Shown piece by piece: positions 30,080 through 40,906 of a stretch of 64,000 bases of DNA. Under the pieces are notes generated by a model, which did not search any database, was not told where the DNA came from, and saw only the letters and a program-made list of their open reading frames with translations. A program made the position numbers and the translations under genes. Source of the stretch: an uncultured Pseudomonadota bacterium (GTDB lineage Bacteria > Babelota > Babeliae > Babelales > UBA12411); contig CAZBHK010000003.1 of NCBI GenBank assembly GCA_964491895.1, forward strand, positions 6,723 to 70,722, given 5' to 3'. Numbering within the stretch: the stretch's first letter is position 1; every line of letters starts with the position of its first letter.

Positions 30080-30183
30080 AAAAATATGTTGATATTGGAC
30101 ATATTTGTTAAGGTTTAGTTATTTTATTTAAACAACTTTATAATATTTTTTTTAAAATTGTTATATTTTATCAATGGGGGCGT

Positions 30184-32649
30184 ATGCAAACGTTAGTATC
30201 TCTTTTTAAAAAAAGTGTAAAAAAATTTAGTAAACGTCCAATTTTTTCTATGAGGCCTCGTTGGCGTCTAATACATTGGACATTTGCTGAGCTTTATAAT
30301 TTTTCTAGTGGCATTGCAGAGATACTTGAGCAAAATAAGGTAAAGAAGCAGGATAAAGTAATTCTTATTTCAACTAATTCACCTATGTGGGGTGGATCAT
30401 TTTTTGGAGTTTTATTAAAGGGAGCTATTGTTGTTCCTCTTAATCCGCAAAGTACTAATGATTTTGTAAAAAAAATTATATCTGAGACTGGTGCAAAGGT
30501 TATTTTAAAATCTAGTTTAATAAAGTTTGAGGATATCAAGATACCTATAATAGACATAGATTTATTACTAGGCCTTGAGAAGAAAAAACATATTTTTAAA
30601 GAAAATGATGTTAATCCAGAGGACATTGCTGAGATAGTTTATACGTCTGGGACTACAGGTGATCCTAAAGGAGTTATCCTTACGCATAACAACATAATGT
30701 TTGATATAGAGTCTGTGACTAAGGTTTTTAAACCTAATTCTAATGACAAGATTGTTTCTATTTTGCCGTTATTTCATATGTATGAACAAACAGGTGGTTT
30801 ATTTAGTTCGATTAAATATGGTTTAGAGGTTATGTATTCACCAAGTGTAAGTTCTCTTGCAATCATGGCAACCTTACAAGAGCAGCAAGCAACTAAGATG
30901 CTTGTTGTTCCTGAAGTTTTGGAAACAATCTTGCGAAATATAGAAAGTAAGGCTATGGAAGCTGGTAAGGAACGTATGTTAGAAAAGATGTTTTCTATTG
31001 CGGTTAAGCTTCCATATTTTCTAAGACGCATTTTGTTTAAAAAGGTTCATAAGAGTTTGGGTGGTCGGTTAAGAATCTTGGCCTGTGGAGGTGCTGCTCT
31101 TCATGAAGATATAGAAAAAAAATGGCGTGCAATGGGCTTTGAAATATATCAGGGGTATGGACTTACAGAAACATCACCTGTTCTCACAACTAATGTTCCT
31201 GGTCATTATAGAATAGGTAGCGTTGGAAGAGTTATTCCAGGAGTGACTGTAACCTTTGGTGATAATGATGAGATTTTAGCCAGTGGACCTAATATTTTTT
31301 CAGGATACTATAAAGACCCTAAGAGAACTAAGGAGGCCTTTGATAAGCAGGGACGTTTTAAAACTGGTGATATTGGCTACTTTGATAAAGATGGGTTTTT
31401 GTATATAAGTGGTAGAGCAAAGTATATGATCGTTTCTCCTAGTGGTGAAAATATTTATCCAGAAGATCTTGAAGAAGAGTTAATAAAGATAGAAGGAGTT
31501 AAAGATGCAGCAGTTGTTGGAATAGAGGTTAATCATCATGTATTAATACAAGCAGTTCTTTTGGGAAATATTAAGGATCCTGAAGCTGTTATAGAGCAGG
31601 CTAATAAGAATCTTGCTTCATATCAGAAAATACAGGATTGGTCTTTGTGGCCTGAAGAAGATTTTCCACGCTCTGCAACCAGAAAAGTAAAAAAGGAAGA
31701 GGTCATTAAGTGGATCAAATCTAAGGGTAAAGAGAAATACGTTGTAGTTACCAATATTTCACCATTAATATCACTTTTAGCATCTGTATCTGGTAAGAAT
31801 GCTTCAAAGATCAATGACAATACAAAGTTTTATAGGGATTTACATTTTGACTCGCTTATGAAGATTGAGCTTGTGAGTAGAATAGAAGAGTCCATGGGCA
31901 GTTTTATTGAAGAACAAAGTATAAAAAATACAACAACTGTTAAAGAGCTTGAAGAGTTAATAGCAAAAGGTAAACAGGATATTAAGCGTGAAAAATTTAA
32001 GAGCTGGTTATTTTCATGGCCAGCAATAACTATTAGGGAATTTTTACTTAATTTTATAGTGTTCCCTCTTTATCGTTTACGTATGAAGGTTAAAGTAGTA
32101 GGTTTGAAAAATATACAAAATTTGGATTTACCAGTGGTTTTTACATCAAACCATATTTCGTACATTGATAGCTTAATAATTTTACGTGCATTGCCATCTA
32201 AGATACGAAGAATGGTAGCTATCGCAGCAGCCCTTGATGTTTTATATCAGCATTATTGGTGGGCTGCTAGGTTTATTGAGTTTATGTTTAATTCATATCC
32301 ATTGCCAAGGAGAGAGGAAGATAATATTCGTCCAGGGCTTGAGTATACTGGTAAAATATTGGATAGGAATTTTTCTGTATTAATTTTCCCAGAAGGTAAG
32401 ATTAGCAATTCAGGAAAACTTTTGGAATTTAAGAAGGGTATTGGTCTTATTGCTACAGAAATGCATTTGCCAGTAGTTCCTATTGTTATCCAAGGTATAA
32501 ACAAGATAGTTCCTGAGGATAAAATTTGGCCAAGGAAAACGGGTGTAATTAATGTTAGGATAGGTAAGCCCATTAAGTTTGAACCAGAAGCAAGTTTTGA
32601 AAAGGTCACTTCTCAAATACGAGATGCTACTCTTGCATTAATGCGCTGA
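30184..32649 (+). CDS. Long-chain acyl-ligase / acyl carrier / acyltransferase fusion
   Basis: YTSGTTGDPKG, QGYGLTE, FKTGD; carrier motif LHFDSL; PlsC motifs NHISYID and FPEG. Confidence 0.9.
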   Translation: MQTLVSLFKKSVKKFSKRPIFSMRPRWRLIHWTFAELYNFSSGIAEILEQNKVKKQDKVILISTNSPMWGGSFFGVLLKGAIVVPLNPQSTNDFVKKIISETGAKVILKSSLIKFEDIKIPIIDIDLLLGLEKKKHIFKENDVNPEDIAEIVYTSGTTGDPKGVILTHNNIMFDIESVTKVFKPNSNDKIVSILPLFHMYEQTGGLFSSIKYGLEVMYSPSVSSLAIMATLQEQQATKMLVVPEVLETILRNIESKAMEAGKERMLEKMFSIAVKLPYFLRRILFKKVHKSLGGRLRILACGGAALHEDIEKKWRAMGFEIYQGYGLTETSPVLTTNVPGHYRIGSVGRVIPGVTVTFGDNDEILASGPNIFSGYYKDPKRTKEAFDKQGRFKTGDIGYFDKDGFLYISGRAKYMIVSPSGENIYPEDLEEELIKIEGVKDAAVVGIEVNHHVLIQAVLLGNIKDPEAVIEQANKNLASYQKIQDWSLWPEEDFPRSATRKVKKEEVIKWIKSKGKEKYVVVTNISPLISLLASVSGKNASKINDNTKFYRDLHFDSLMKIELVSRIEESMGSFIEEQSIKNTTTVKELEELIAKGKQDIKREKFKSWLFSWPAITIREFLLNFIVFPLYRLRMKVKVVGLKNIQNLDLPVVFTSNHISYIDSLIILRALPSKIRRMVAIAAALDVLYQHYWWAARFIEFMFNSYPLPRREEDNIRPGLEYTGKILDRNFSVLIFPEGKISNSGKLLEFKKGIGLIATEMHLPVVPIVIQGINKIVPEDKIWPRKTGVINVRIGKPIKFEPEASFEKVTSQIRDATLALMR

Positions 32650-33159
32650 TTTATGTTGATGTTGTTCAACATAGGATTTTAATGTTTCTAATTTTCGTAG
32701 CTGATCATTAAATCCGTTTTCATATCTTGAAAAAATAATATTTAGTTCAAGTTGGCGTTTCTTTGATAATTTTTTTAAAAGCTGAGATGTTTTGATTATA
32801 TGTTCTTCGAAAGTTTCTGATGCGCCAACAGAGATTTCATTCGGAGGGGTTTCTGCTATGTATTTTGAATAATATACAAGATTAGTATTGATTTCATGTT
32901 CAAGTAATTGAGATATTTTAGCATAATGTTCGCTACCCTGTGAAAAGTTTTTTACAAGTTCAGGATTAACAGTAATAGTATCAGATGCCTTGAGGGTTTC
33001 TATGGTTTCCAAAAAATCTTTATTTTTTTCATTTATTATAGCTTCTTTTCTTTTTATATCGTCTTTTAGTGTAAGAAGAGTTTCTAAGGCAGATATTAAT
33101 GAAAATTTTAAATTGTCATTTAGTGTTTGGAAGGCTATGGTTTTAACGTTTTTTTTCAT
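32638..33159 (-). CDS. Hypothetical helical protein
   Basis: 173-aa ORF filling the gap; no motif recognised. Confidence 0.6.
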   Translation of the reverse strand: MKKNVKTIAFQTLNDNLKFSLISALETLLTLKDDIKRKEAIINEKNKDFLETIETLKASDTITVNPELVKNFSQGSEHYAKISQLLEHEINTNLVYYSKYIAETPPNEISVGASETFEEHIIKTSQLLKKLSKKRQLELNIIFSRYENGFNDQLRKLETLKSYVEQHQHKSAH

Positions 33160-33273
33160 GTTTTTTTGTATCCATACTGTTATATAACAAACTTATGCTA
33201 TCTCTTATTTTAACTGCCTTTGCAGAAATATCAAAAAGTGTCACAATAATAAAAACTATAAAAAGGACCTTTT

Positions 33274-36018
33274 GTGAAAAATATTAGTAAAAATGCAATT
33301 TATTTAATAGATGGCTCTTCTTTTTTATATCGAGCATACTATGCTTTACCGCCACTTCACTCGTCTAAAGGGGTCCCTGTTCAGGCTACTTATGGTTTTT
33401 GTAGGATGATAAAGAAGGTAGTAGATGATTTTGATCCTAAAAATTTAGTTATTCTTTGGGATAGTAGGGGTAAAGGTATTAGATCAGAAATTTATGAAGA
33501 TTATAAGGCTACTAGGCAGGTTGCACCAAGTGATCTAGGTGATCAAAAGGAACAGATAATGCAGTTTGCGAATACCATAGGTATTTGTCAAATATCTAAG
33601 TCCGGTTACGAAGCAGATGATCTTATTGCCTCAGTAGTAGAAGAAAATAAAAAAAAAGATATTGTTATAATAGGCTCAGATAAGGATTTATATCAGTTGT
33701 TGAGTACATATGTATTTATCTATGATCCGTTTAAAAAAGAAATCATAGATAAAGAAAAGTTTATTCAAATGAGAGGTTTTGAACCAGATAAGTTGCTTAT
33801 GTATCATTCTATCCTTGGAGACTCTTCAGATAATATTCCAGGAGTAAAAGGTATAGGTAAAAAGGGAGCAGAAGTTTTAGTAAAGCAGTTTGGCACGTTA
33901 GATAATCTTTATGAAAATTTAGATAAGGTTGAAAAAGAGAGAACTAGAATTTTGTTAAAAGAGCAGAAGAAGGAAGCTTATTTAAGTCAAAAGCTTTTCA
34001 CTTTAAGTATGCCTGCCCTTAAAGAAACTATAGAAGATTTTGCTTTTGATAAGGATGATTGGTCTAATGCTTTGGATTTTTTTGTAGAGCTAGGATTTCA
34101 GGCTTTGATTAAAACTGTTAAAACTTCTTATATTCAATCAGCTATAGACTTTCAAGAAGATGTTAAGGTTCGTGAATTAGAAGAATCTGATAAAGAGAAA
34201 AAAGAAGATACTAATTGGGATTGTATAATTGTAGATACTGATGAAGCACTTGAACAGGTTATCTATAAGATTCAAGAAGCAGATTTTTTTGCTTTAGATG
34301 TTGAAACAACAGGATTGCGTCCAATGCAGGATGAGCTTGTTGGTCTTTCCTTAGCTTGTGATGAAAAGACAGCATATTATATACCAGTTGCTCATAAAGA
34401 TGCTGATATTAAACAGTTATCTAGAGAAAAAGTTTTAGAAAAATTTAAGCCTATTTTGGAAAGTGATAATTATAAGAAAACTTTTCATAATGCTAAGTTT
34501 GATAGGCTTGTATTATTACAATATGGTATTGATATGAAGGGTATGGAATTTGATTCTTTATTGGCTGCTAACTTAGTCCGTAAGGGTTGGGAGAAGATAG
34601 GCTTGAAAAGTTTGTCTGATACTTTACTTCATGAACCAATGCGTATGTTTACTGATGTGCTTGGAATACATAAAAACTTTGCAACTGTTCCTCTTGATAT
34701 AGCAGCAGATTATTCAGCTCACGATTCATTGCAGACTTATAAATTAAAATTTGTTTTAGAAAAGATTCTTAATAAATATCCTAAAATTAAAAAGATTTTT
34801 TATGATGTTGAGATTCCATTATGTACAGTGCTTTTGAAAATGGAAGAGCATGGTGTTTTGGTAAAACAAGAGGTTTTAGAAGAACTGGGTAAAGAGGTTC
34901 AAAAAGAATTAAAGGCAATAGAATCTAAAATATTAGCTGTTATTGGCAAGGATGCTGCTATTAATTTAAATTCACCTAAGCAGGTAGAAAAACTTTTATT
35001 TGATGATTTAGGGCTTCCTGTTATTAAAAAGGGTGAGGTTGGTAAAAGTCGTTCAACTGATCAGGATGTTTTAGAAGAGTTGAGTAAGGTACACGTTGTT
35101 CCAGGCTTAATTTTAAAATATAGAGAATTAGCGAAACTTTTGGGTACTTATATTAAACCGCTTCCAGAACATATTAATTCTAAAACCGGTCGTATACATA
35201 CAAACTTTAGTCAGATTGATGCTGCTACTGGCAGGCTTGCAAGTTATAACCCTAATTTGCAAAATATTCCTGTTGGAGCGGGTTATGGCATTCGGGTACG
35301 CTCAGCATTTATTGCTCCAAGGAATAAGCGTTTTTTAAGTGCTGATTATTCTCAGATTGAGTTACGAGTTCTTGCTCATATGACCAAAGATAAAAATCTG
35401 GTGAATGCTTTTTTAGAAGATAAAGATATTCATGCAGAGATAGCTTCTCAGATATTTGGTATACAAGTTAAGGACGTGACATCTGAACAGCGCAAGGTTG
35501 GTAAAAGAATAAATTTTAGTATCATGTATGGACTTACACCATATGGTCTTTCCAAAGACCTTGGGATTAGGCCTAGTGAGGCAAAACTTTATATAGATAG
35601 TTATTTTGCTAATTATCCAAGAGTTTCAAGCTGGATGAATGAGGTTATAGAAGAGGCTACTAAGAATGGGTATGTTGAGACCTTTTTAGGAAGACGAAGG
35701 TATTTTCCAGGACTTTTAGAGGAAAATCATACTATTTATGAACAGGCAAGACGTGCTGCTATAAATACACCAATTCAGGGTACAGCAGCAGAGATTGTTA
35801 AGCTTGCTATGTTGAAAATAGATAAAGAACTTAAAATAGCCAAATTAGATGCATTTATGATTTTACAAGTACATGATGAAATTATAATAGAGCTTCCTAA
35901 GGATGAAGAGGATAGGGTAACTAAAATAGTTAGAAAATGTATGGAAAATATAGTGGAATGGAGAGTACCATTGAAGGTTGATATAAGTGTAGGTAAAAAC
36001 TGGGAGCAAATTAGCTAA
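33274..36018 (+). CDS. polA: DNA polymerase I
   Basis: IDGSSFLYRAYYA, EADD, DVETTG (3'-5' exonuclease), ADYSQIELR, QVHDE. Confidence 0.98.
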   Translation: MKNISKNAIYLIDGSSFLYRAYYALPPLHSSKGVPVQATYGFCRMIKKVVDDFDPKNLVILWDSRGKGIRSEIYEDYKATRQVAPSDLGDQKEQIMQFANTIGICQISKSGYEADDLIASVVEENKKKDIVIIGSDKDLYQLLSTYVFIYDPFKKEIIDKEKFIQMRGFEPDKLLMYHSILGDSSDNIPGVKGIGKKGAEVLVKQFGTLDNLYENLDKVEKERTRILLKEQKKEAYLSQKLFTLSMPALKETIEDFAFDKDDWSNALDFFVELGFQALIKTVKTSYIQSAIDFQEDVKVRELEESDKEKKEDTNWDCIIVDTDEALEQVIYKIQEADFFALDVETTGLRPMQDELVGLSLACDEKTAYYIPVAHKDADIKQLSREKVLEKFKPILESDNYKKTFHNAKFDRLVLLQYGIDMKGMEFDSLLAANLVRKGWEKIGLKSLSDTLLHEPMRMFTDVLGIHKNFATVPLDIAADYSAHDSLQTYKLKFVLEKILNKYPKIKKIFYDVEIPLCTVLLKMEEHGVLVKQEVLEELGKEVQKELKAIESKILAVIGKDAAINLNSPKQVEKLLFDDLGLPVIKKGEVGKSRSTDQDVLEELSKVHVVPGLILKYRELAKLLGTYIKPLPEHINSKTGRIHTNFSQIDAATGRLASYNPNLQNIPVGAGYGIRVRSAFIAPRNKRFLSADYSQIELRVLAHMTKDKNLVNAFLEDKDIHAEIASQIFGIQVKDVTSEQRKVGKRINFSIMYGLTPYGLSKDLGIRPSEAKLYIDSYFANYPRVSSWMNEVIEEATKNGYVETFLGRRRYFPGLLEENHTIYEQARRAAINTPIQGTAAEIVKLAMLKIDKELKIAKLDAFMILQVHDEIIIELPKDEEDRVTKIVRKCMENIVEWRVPLKVDISVGKNWEQIS

Positions 36019-36455
36019 AGATTAATTATATTTTTATACATACTTTTTGTGATTTTAAGGTTATCAAGAGATAGAGAGTGAACTAGTGTTAGAACTTTGT
36101 AATTATGAATCAGTTTTCCCTGAACATGGTCTAGTAGTATCAAAACGTTATATAGAATGCTTTACCAAGTTAAATGAAAAAGACTTGAGTTTTTTAAGAA
36201 TTTCTTAAATATGGATTATAAGAGCTTTGTGTGACAAGGCCGTTTATAAGGTTGCTATGGAGTTAAAACAGGTCTTAGATTCTAGGGGTTAATATAGAGA
36301 GTTTTAGGAGTTGACTTTTAAATAAAACAAGTGCAGTATAAGGCTATCTAGTTAAACTCCCAAAAGATCTTATTTATAGCTTGGTTTCAGGCGAATATTT
36401 TTAAGGGAAAAAGTTTATCTTACAAGTAGTGCAAAAAAGCATCGAAGGAGTTATC

Positions 36456-36713
36456 ATGGCAACGAGTAAATCTGGTGGCTCGACGCAAAATGGTCGCGAT
36501 AGTAAAGGTCGACGACTTGGTTGTAAAATGTTTGATGGTCAAATTGTAAGCGGTGGCGAAATTTTGGTTCGTCAAAGAGGCTCTAAGTTTTATCCTGGAC
36601 CAGGTGTAGGTTGCGGAAGGGATTTTACCTTGTTCGCTAAAACAGCAGGTATTGTTAAATATAAAACAGGAAAAAGACGTAAGTTTGTTTCTGTGCTTGC
36701 AAAATTGTCATAG
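36456..36713 (+). CDS. rpmA: 50S ribosomal protein L27
   Basis: [20 protein letters not shown]; AAGGAG RBS before ATG 36456. Confidence 0.96.
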   Translation: MATSKSGGSTQNGRDSKGRRLGCKMFDGQIVSGGEILVRQRGSKFYPGPGVGCGRDFTLFAKTAGIVKYKTGKRRKFVSVLAKLS

Positions 36714-36740
36714 ATCACGTTCTATTTTGAGAGTAGGTTC

Positions 36741-37625
36741 ATGATTGATTTTCTAAAATATCGTTATATGTGTTTGGTGTTTTCTGTAGTTTTTTTAATT
36801 GCAGGCGTTGTTGGTTATATAGTTAGGGGTGGTTTTAGATACCATATAGATTTTGTTGGTGGTACTGAGATTAATGTTCGGTTTAAGAATTCTCTAAATA
36901 TATTAGATTTTCGTAATAAATTATCTGGCCTTGGTTGGAAGGATTTGACAATTCAGTCTATAGGTTCAGCAGATAATAATGGTATGTATAAAGAGTTTTC
37001 TGTTCGAGTTGGTGACACTGGAGAGGACTTGGAAAGTCGCTTTAAAAAAGATGTAGATTCAGTTTTGAAGGATAATGAGATAGAGATTCGAGGTGTTGCT
37101 AGTGTTGGCAGTGAAGTTGGTGCCGATATTCGTTGGAGAACATTTTTAGCTATCATAATTTCACTATTTGTTGTTTTGCTTTATATAGCACTTATGCGTT
37201 CAGGTTATAAGTATGCTATCGGAGCGGTGGTTGCATTATTACATGATTTGTTAAGCATCTTAGTAATTTTTGTGATTTTTGAATGGCAGATTTCAGTAAG
37301 TGTTTTGGCAGCTATTTTGGCAATCTTTGGATATTCGTTGAATGATACTATTGTTATTTTTAGTAGAATTCGAGAAAATTTTAGTAAGTTTAAGGGTATG
37401 TCTGATTATGAAATTGTTAATTTAAGTATTAATCAAACATTAAGACGAACCTTGCTTACAAGTTTTACTACATTCCTTTCAATGGGCTCTCTTCTTATAC
37501 TTGGAGGTGAGTCTCTAAGAGGTTTTGCATTGGCTATGATAATTGGAATTGTATTTGGAACATATTCATCGATTTATATAGCAAGTCCTATTATGATGGC
37601 ATTAGGATCTTCTAAAAGAAATTAA
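36741..37625 (+). CDS. secF: Protein translocase subunit SecF
   Basis: IDFVGG, ALLHD, GYSLNDTIVIFSRIREN, GTYSSIYIASP. Confidence 0.95.
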   Translation: MIDFLKYRYMCLVFSVVFLIAGVVGYIVRGGFRYHIDFVGGTEINVRFKNSLNILDFRNKLSGLGWKDLTIQSIGSADNNGMYKEFSVRVGDTGEDLESRFKKDVDSVLKDNEIEIRGVASVGSEVGADIRWRTFLAIIISLFVVLLYIALMRSGYKYAIGAVVALLHDLLSILVIFVIFEWQISVSVLAAILAIFGYSLNDTIVIFSRIRENFSKFKGMSDYEIVNLSINQTLRRTLLTSFTTFLSMGSLLILGGESLRGFALAMIIGIVFGTYSSIYIASPIMMALGSSKRN

Positions 37626-37698
37626 ATTTGTTGAATTACAGTTATCTATAGATTTAATATATTACAAATATTTTTAACCTAAAATACTAGTTAGAGAA

Positions 37699-39108
37699 AT
37701 GGCAAAAAAAGAACATTTAAATGATACAAATATAGAAGATTTAGAATTAAACGAACTTACTGAAGATGAAGATAATGGTTCATCTAAAAATGTAGAAGTT
37801 TCTAAAAAACCTGAATCTATTAAAAGTCTAGAAGGTAGAAAATCTGTTGACGTTGCAGAATTAAAAGACATGGATATTACAAGACTTACAGATTATGCAA
37901 GAAGTCTTAATATTCCTGGAGTTAATGCAATGAAGAAACAGGAAATTATTTTCAAAATATTAGAGTCTCAATCTAATCAAAAGGTTGAAATTTATGGAGA
38001 AGGAGTTCTAGAACGTTTACCAGATGGATTTGGTTTTTTACGTTCACCTAAGTTCAATTATGCTCCAGGTCCTGATGATATTTATGTTTCACCTATACAT
38101 ATAAAAAGATTTCATTTACGTACAGGCGATGTTGTTAAGGGTATTATTAGAAAACCTAAAGAAGGTGAAAAATATTTTGCCTTACAAAGAGTAGACAGCG
38201 TTAACTTTAAACAACCGTCTCAAGGTGCCGGTAAAACAATTTTTGAAAATTTGACACCTTTGTTTCCAACAAAAAGACTTATGATGGAGTATAACCCAAC
38301 AATCCTTTCAACAAGGGTTATGGATATATTAACACCAGTTGGTAAAGGTCAAAGGGGACTTATAGTAGCTCCTCCAAGGACAGGAAAGACTGTTTTGTTA
38401 AAAGAGATAGCAAATAGTATTATCGTTAATCATCCAGAAGTTATTTTACTTATTTTACTTATTGATGAGCGTCCTGAAGAAGTAACAGATATGCAGCGTT
38501 CTGTTAAGGCAGAAGTTGTCAGTTCTACTTTTGATGAGTCCGCAATCCGACATGTACAGGTTGCAGAAATCGTATTAGAAAAAGCAAAGCGTCTTGTTGA
38601 GTGTGGAGAAGATGTAGTAATATTACTTGATTCTATTACACGATTGGCTAGAGCTTATAATACTGTATCACCAGCTTCCGGAAAAATTTTGACTGGAGGA
38701 ATAGATGCTAATGCTCTTCAACGTCCAAAAAGATTTTTTGGTGCCGCAAGAAATATCGAAGAAGGTGGCTCTCTAACTATTCTTGCAACAGCTCTAGTAG
38801 AGACAGGCTCTAGAATGGATGAGGTTATCTTCGAAGAGTTTAAAGGTACGGGAAATATGGAAATTCATTTAACTCGTAAGCTTGCAAATAGAAGAATATA
38901 TCCAGCATTTGATATTCTTTCTTCTGGAACAAGAAGAGAAGATTTGTTATTAGATGAAGATCATCTTAAAAAGCTTTGGGTATTGCAAAAATTTCTAGGT
39001 TCTATGAATACTGTTGATAGTATGGAGTTCTTGATTGATAAAATGCGTAATACAAAATCTAATCAAGAGTTCTGGGAATTAATGAACAAGCCTACCAAGA
39101 AATCCTAA
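37699..39108 (+). CDS. rho: Transcription termination factor Rho
   Basis: [36 protein letters not shown]. Confidence 0.98.
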   Translation: MAKKEHLNDTNIEDLELNELTEDEDNGSSKNVEVSKKPESIKSLEGRKSVDVAELKDMDITRLTDYARSLNIPGVNAMKKQEIIFKILESQSNQKVEIYGEGVLERLPDGFGFLRSPKFNYAPGPDDIYVSPIHIKRFHLRTGDVVKGIIRKPKEGEKYFALQRVDSVNFKQPSQGAGKTIFENLTPLFPTKRLMMEYNPTILSTRVMDILTPVGKGQRGLIVAPPRTGKTVLLKEIANSIIVNHPEVILLILLIDERPEEVTDMQRSVKAEVVSSTFDESAIRHVQVAEIVLEKAKRLVECGEDVVILLDSITRLARAYNTVSPASGKILTGGIDANALQRPKRFFGAARNIEEGGSLTILATALVETGSRMDEVIFEEFKGTGNMEIHLTRKLANRRIYPAFDILSSGTRREDLLLDEDHLKKLWVLQKFLGSMNTVDSMEFLIDKMRNTKSNQEFWELMNKPTKKS

Positions 39109-39250
39109 ACTGATTTTTTGATCACTTTTTTTTATTAATTTGTATAAAAATACGATTTTAAAATGTATTGACTTTTTATACGTCTATTTGAAAAAATACT
39201 AAGAAGTACTTTATATCGGATATGTTTCTTAGTAATAAAGGAGAGTAGTT

Positions 39251-40081
39251 GTGAAAGTATCAAAGAGAATTGTTAGTGGGTCCAATATGGCTTTCAAGGC
39301 ATATTCTTCGATATATGATAACACAAATAATTTAATGGTGTATGGCTTATTTGCTGCACTACTAGGTATTCCTGTTATTGTATATCTTGTTAATTTTATA
39401 TTAATGAATGCCACAAGTTTAAGTTTTTTATCTACTGAACACATTGCATTTTTAAAAAATCCAACAATTATGAGTTCATGGATGGTAAAAATTGTAGGCG
39501 TAATTATTATCGGATTAATTATAATGCCATTTGTTGGTTTTTTTTATTCTGGTGTCGTCAAGACAGTATCAGGTAAGAAAAAATTGAAATTTCTTGAAAT
39601 TTTTTCAATGGGTTTTGGTGGCTTTAAACATATTACATTTTGGATTCTAAGTTGGTTTATTGGTATGTTAGCAGTATTAATGTTAGCTATACCTGCTGTC
39701 AATTGGAGAGATCCTAGAACTTATTCACTAGAATTTGGAATAATGTCTTTCGTTTGTCTTCTTGTATGCTTTTCAGCAGTTGCATACTTGATTTATGCAT
39801 CAAATATAGCTGAGTCAATAATTAGGGGATCTAAGATCATTTTAAATCAATTTATTGAGATCATTTTTGGTTCATTCGTTTGGGCTGTTGTTGCAATGGC
39901 TATATTTTCAGTATTAGATACAATATTTTTTATGTTGATTAAAGAAGTAATGAGAATGGGTAACCCTGTTTTATTGGCAGGCAATTTAATAATGGTTATC
40001 TTCCCTGGTTTATGGTTAGTTATTGCAGGTACAGCTTGGCTTATTTTTGTAACAGATGTATGTAAAGCTGCAAAAAAATAA
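39251..40081 (+). CDS. Hypothetical multi-pass membrane protein
   Basis: About six hydrophobic segments. Confidence 0.75.
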   Translation: MKVSKRIVSGSNMAFKAYSSIYDNTNNLMVYGLFAALLGIPVIVYLVNFILMNATSLSFLSTEHIAFLKNPTIMSSWMVKIVGVIIIGLIIMPFVGFFYSGVVKTVSGKKKLKFLEIFSMGFGGFKHITFWILSWFIGMLAVLMLAIPAVNWRDPRTYSLEFGIMSFVCLLVCFSAVAYLIYASNIAESIIRGSKIILNQFIEIIFGSFVWAVVAMAIFSVLDTIFFMLIKEVMRMGNPVLLAGNLIMVIFPGLWLVIAGTAWLIFVTDVCKAAKK

Positions 40082-40110
40082 TATGGCATCTGGTCATTGA
40101 TTATCTCCTG

Positions 40111-40139
40111 GCGGCTGTCGTTTATGGCAGCCGCTTTTT
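40111..40139 (+). terminator. Intrinsic terminator
   Basis: GCGGCTGTCG-ttta-TGGCAGCCGC followed by T5. Confidence 0.75.
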
Positions 40140-40156
40140 AATTAAGGATATTAAAT

Positions 40157-40900
40157 ATGAAAATTTTAAAAAAAATTCAAAATGGTTTACATTTATATCT
40201 TAAAGCTTTCATGGATCTATACAAAGAACCTAAGCTTTTATTGTTTCCATTAACTGCAGGTTTTATGATTTTTTTAATCACTTATTTTCGTGATTATCTT
40301 GTTAAAAATTTTATGATTGCAGAATATCAAATATTTATTCTTCTTTGTTTATTTATAACACCAGTAGTTTTATTTGTTTATTCAGGTTTAATCAAAAATC
40401 TGTCTACAAAGAGTAAATTCAAAATCGAATTTGGATTTACGGGTTTAAAAAATGTAGGAATGTGGTTTTTAGTTTTAGCTTATATAGGAATAGTTTTTTA
40501 TAACTGGCTATTACAAGGTGACTATATTTTTGAATTTGGACCACATATTGGATTTATAAAATCTTTTGCAGATATAGAGACTTTAATATTTTTATTTTTA
40601 AGTTTCTTTATTTTATTTTCTATAGTTATTGCTTTGATGAAGAATTTAAATTTTTTAGAAGCACTTAAAAAAGGTTATTTAATATTCCAAAGTTCATTTT
40701 TTGAATTTATAACAGGCTATCTTGTTTATATAGCTTTAGATATAGTTATAGTCTTTATAACTATATGGGTTTCTAAGATGTATAATGCTGATATACTTAA
40801 ACTTGTTTGGATAACATTAAGAGTTTGTTTATCATTTATTTTGATTACAGTGTTACCAGTATTTGTATTTGAAGTAAGTAATTCATCAAAGGTTAAGTAA
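40157..40900 (+). CDS. Hypothetical multi-pass membrane protein, likely paralog of 39251..40081
   Basis: Same topology; shared K.I..G....KA....Y N-terminus, (F/V)YSG..K, GF.G.K and G..I.....EI/F..G blocks. Confidence 0.7.
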   Translation: MKILKKIQNGLHLYLKAFMDLYKEPKLLLFPLTAGFMIFLITYFRDYLVKNFMIAEYQIFILLCLFITPVVLFVYSGLIKNLSTKSKFKIEFGFTGLKNVGMWFLVLAYIGIVFYNWLLQGDYIFEFGPHIGFIKSFADIETLIFLFLSFFILFSIVIALMKNLNFLEALKKGYLIFQSSFFEFITGYLVYIALDIVIVFITIWVSKMYNADILKLVWITLRVCLSFILITVLPVFVFEVSNSSKVK

Positions 40901-40906
40901 TTAGCA

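Noticed and set aside
36429-36455. Apparent 9-aa N-terminal extension on L27 like the Prp-cleaved Firmicute form
   Set aside because: The AAGGAG RBS sits inside it before ATG 36456, and there is no prp or rplU nearby.
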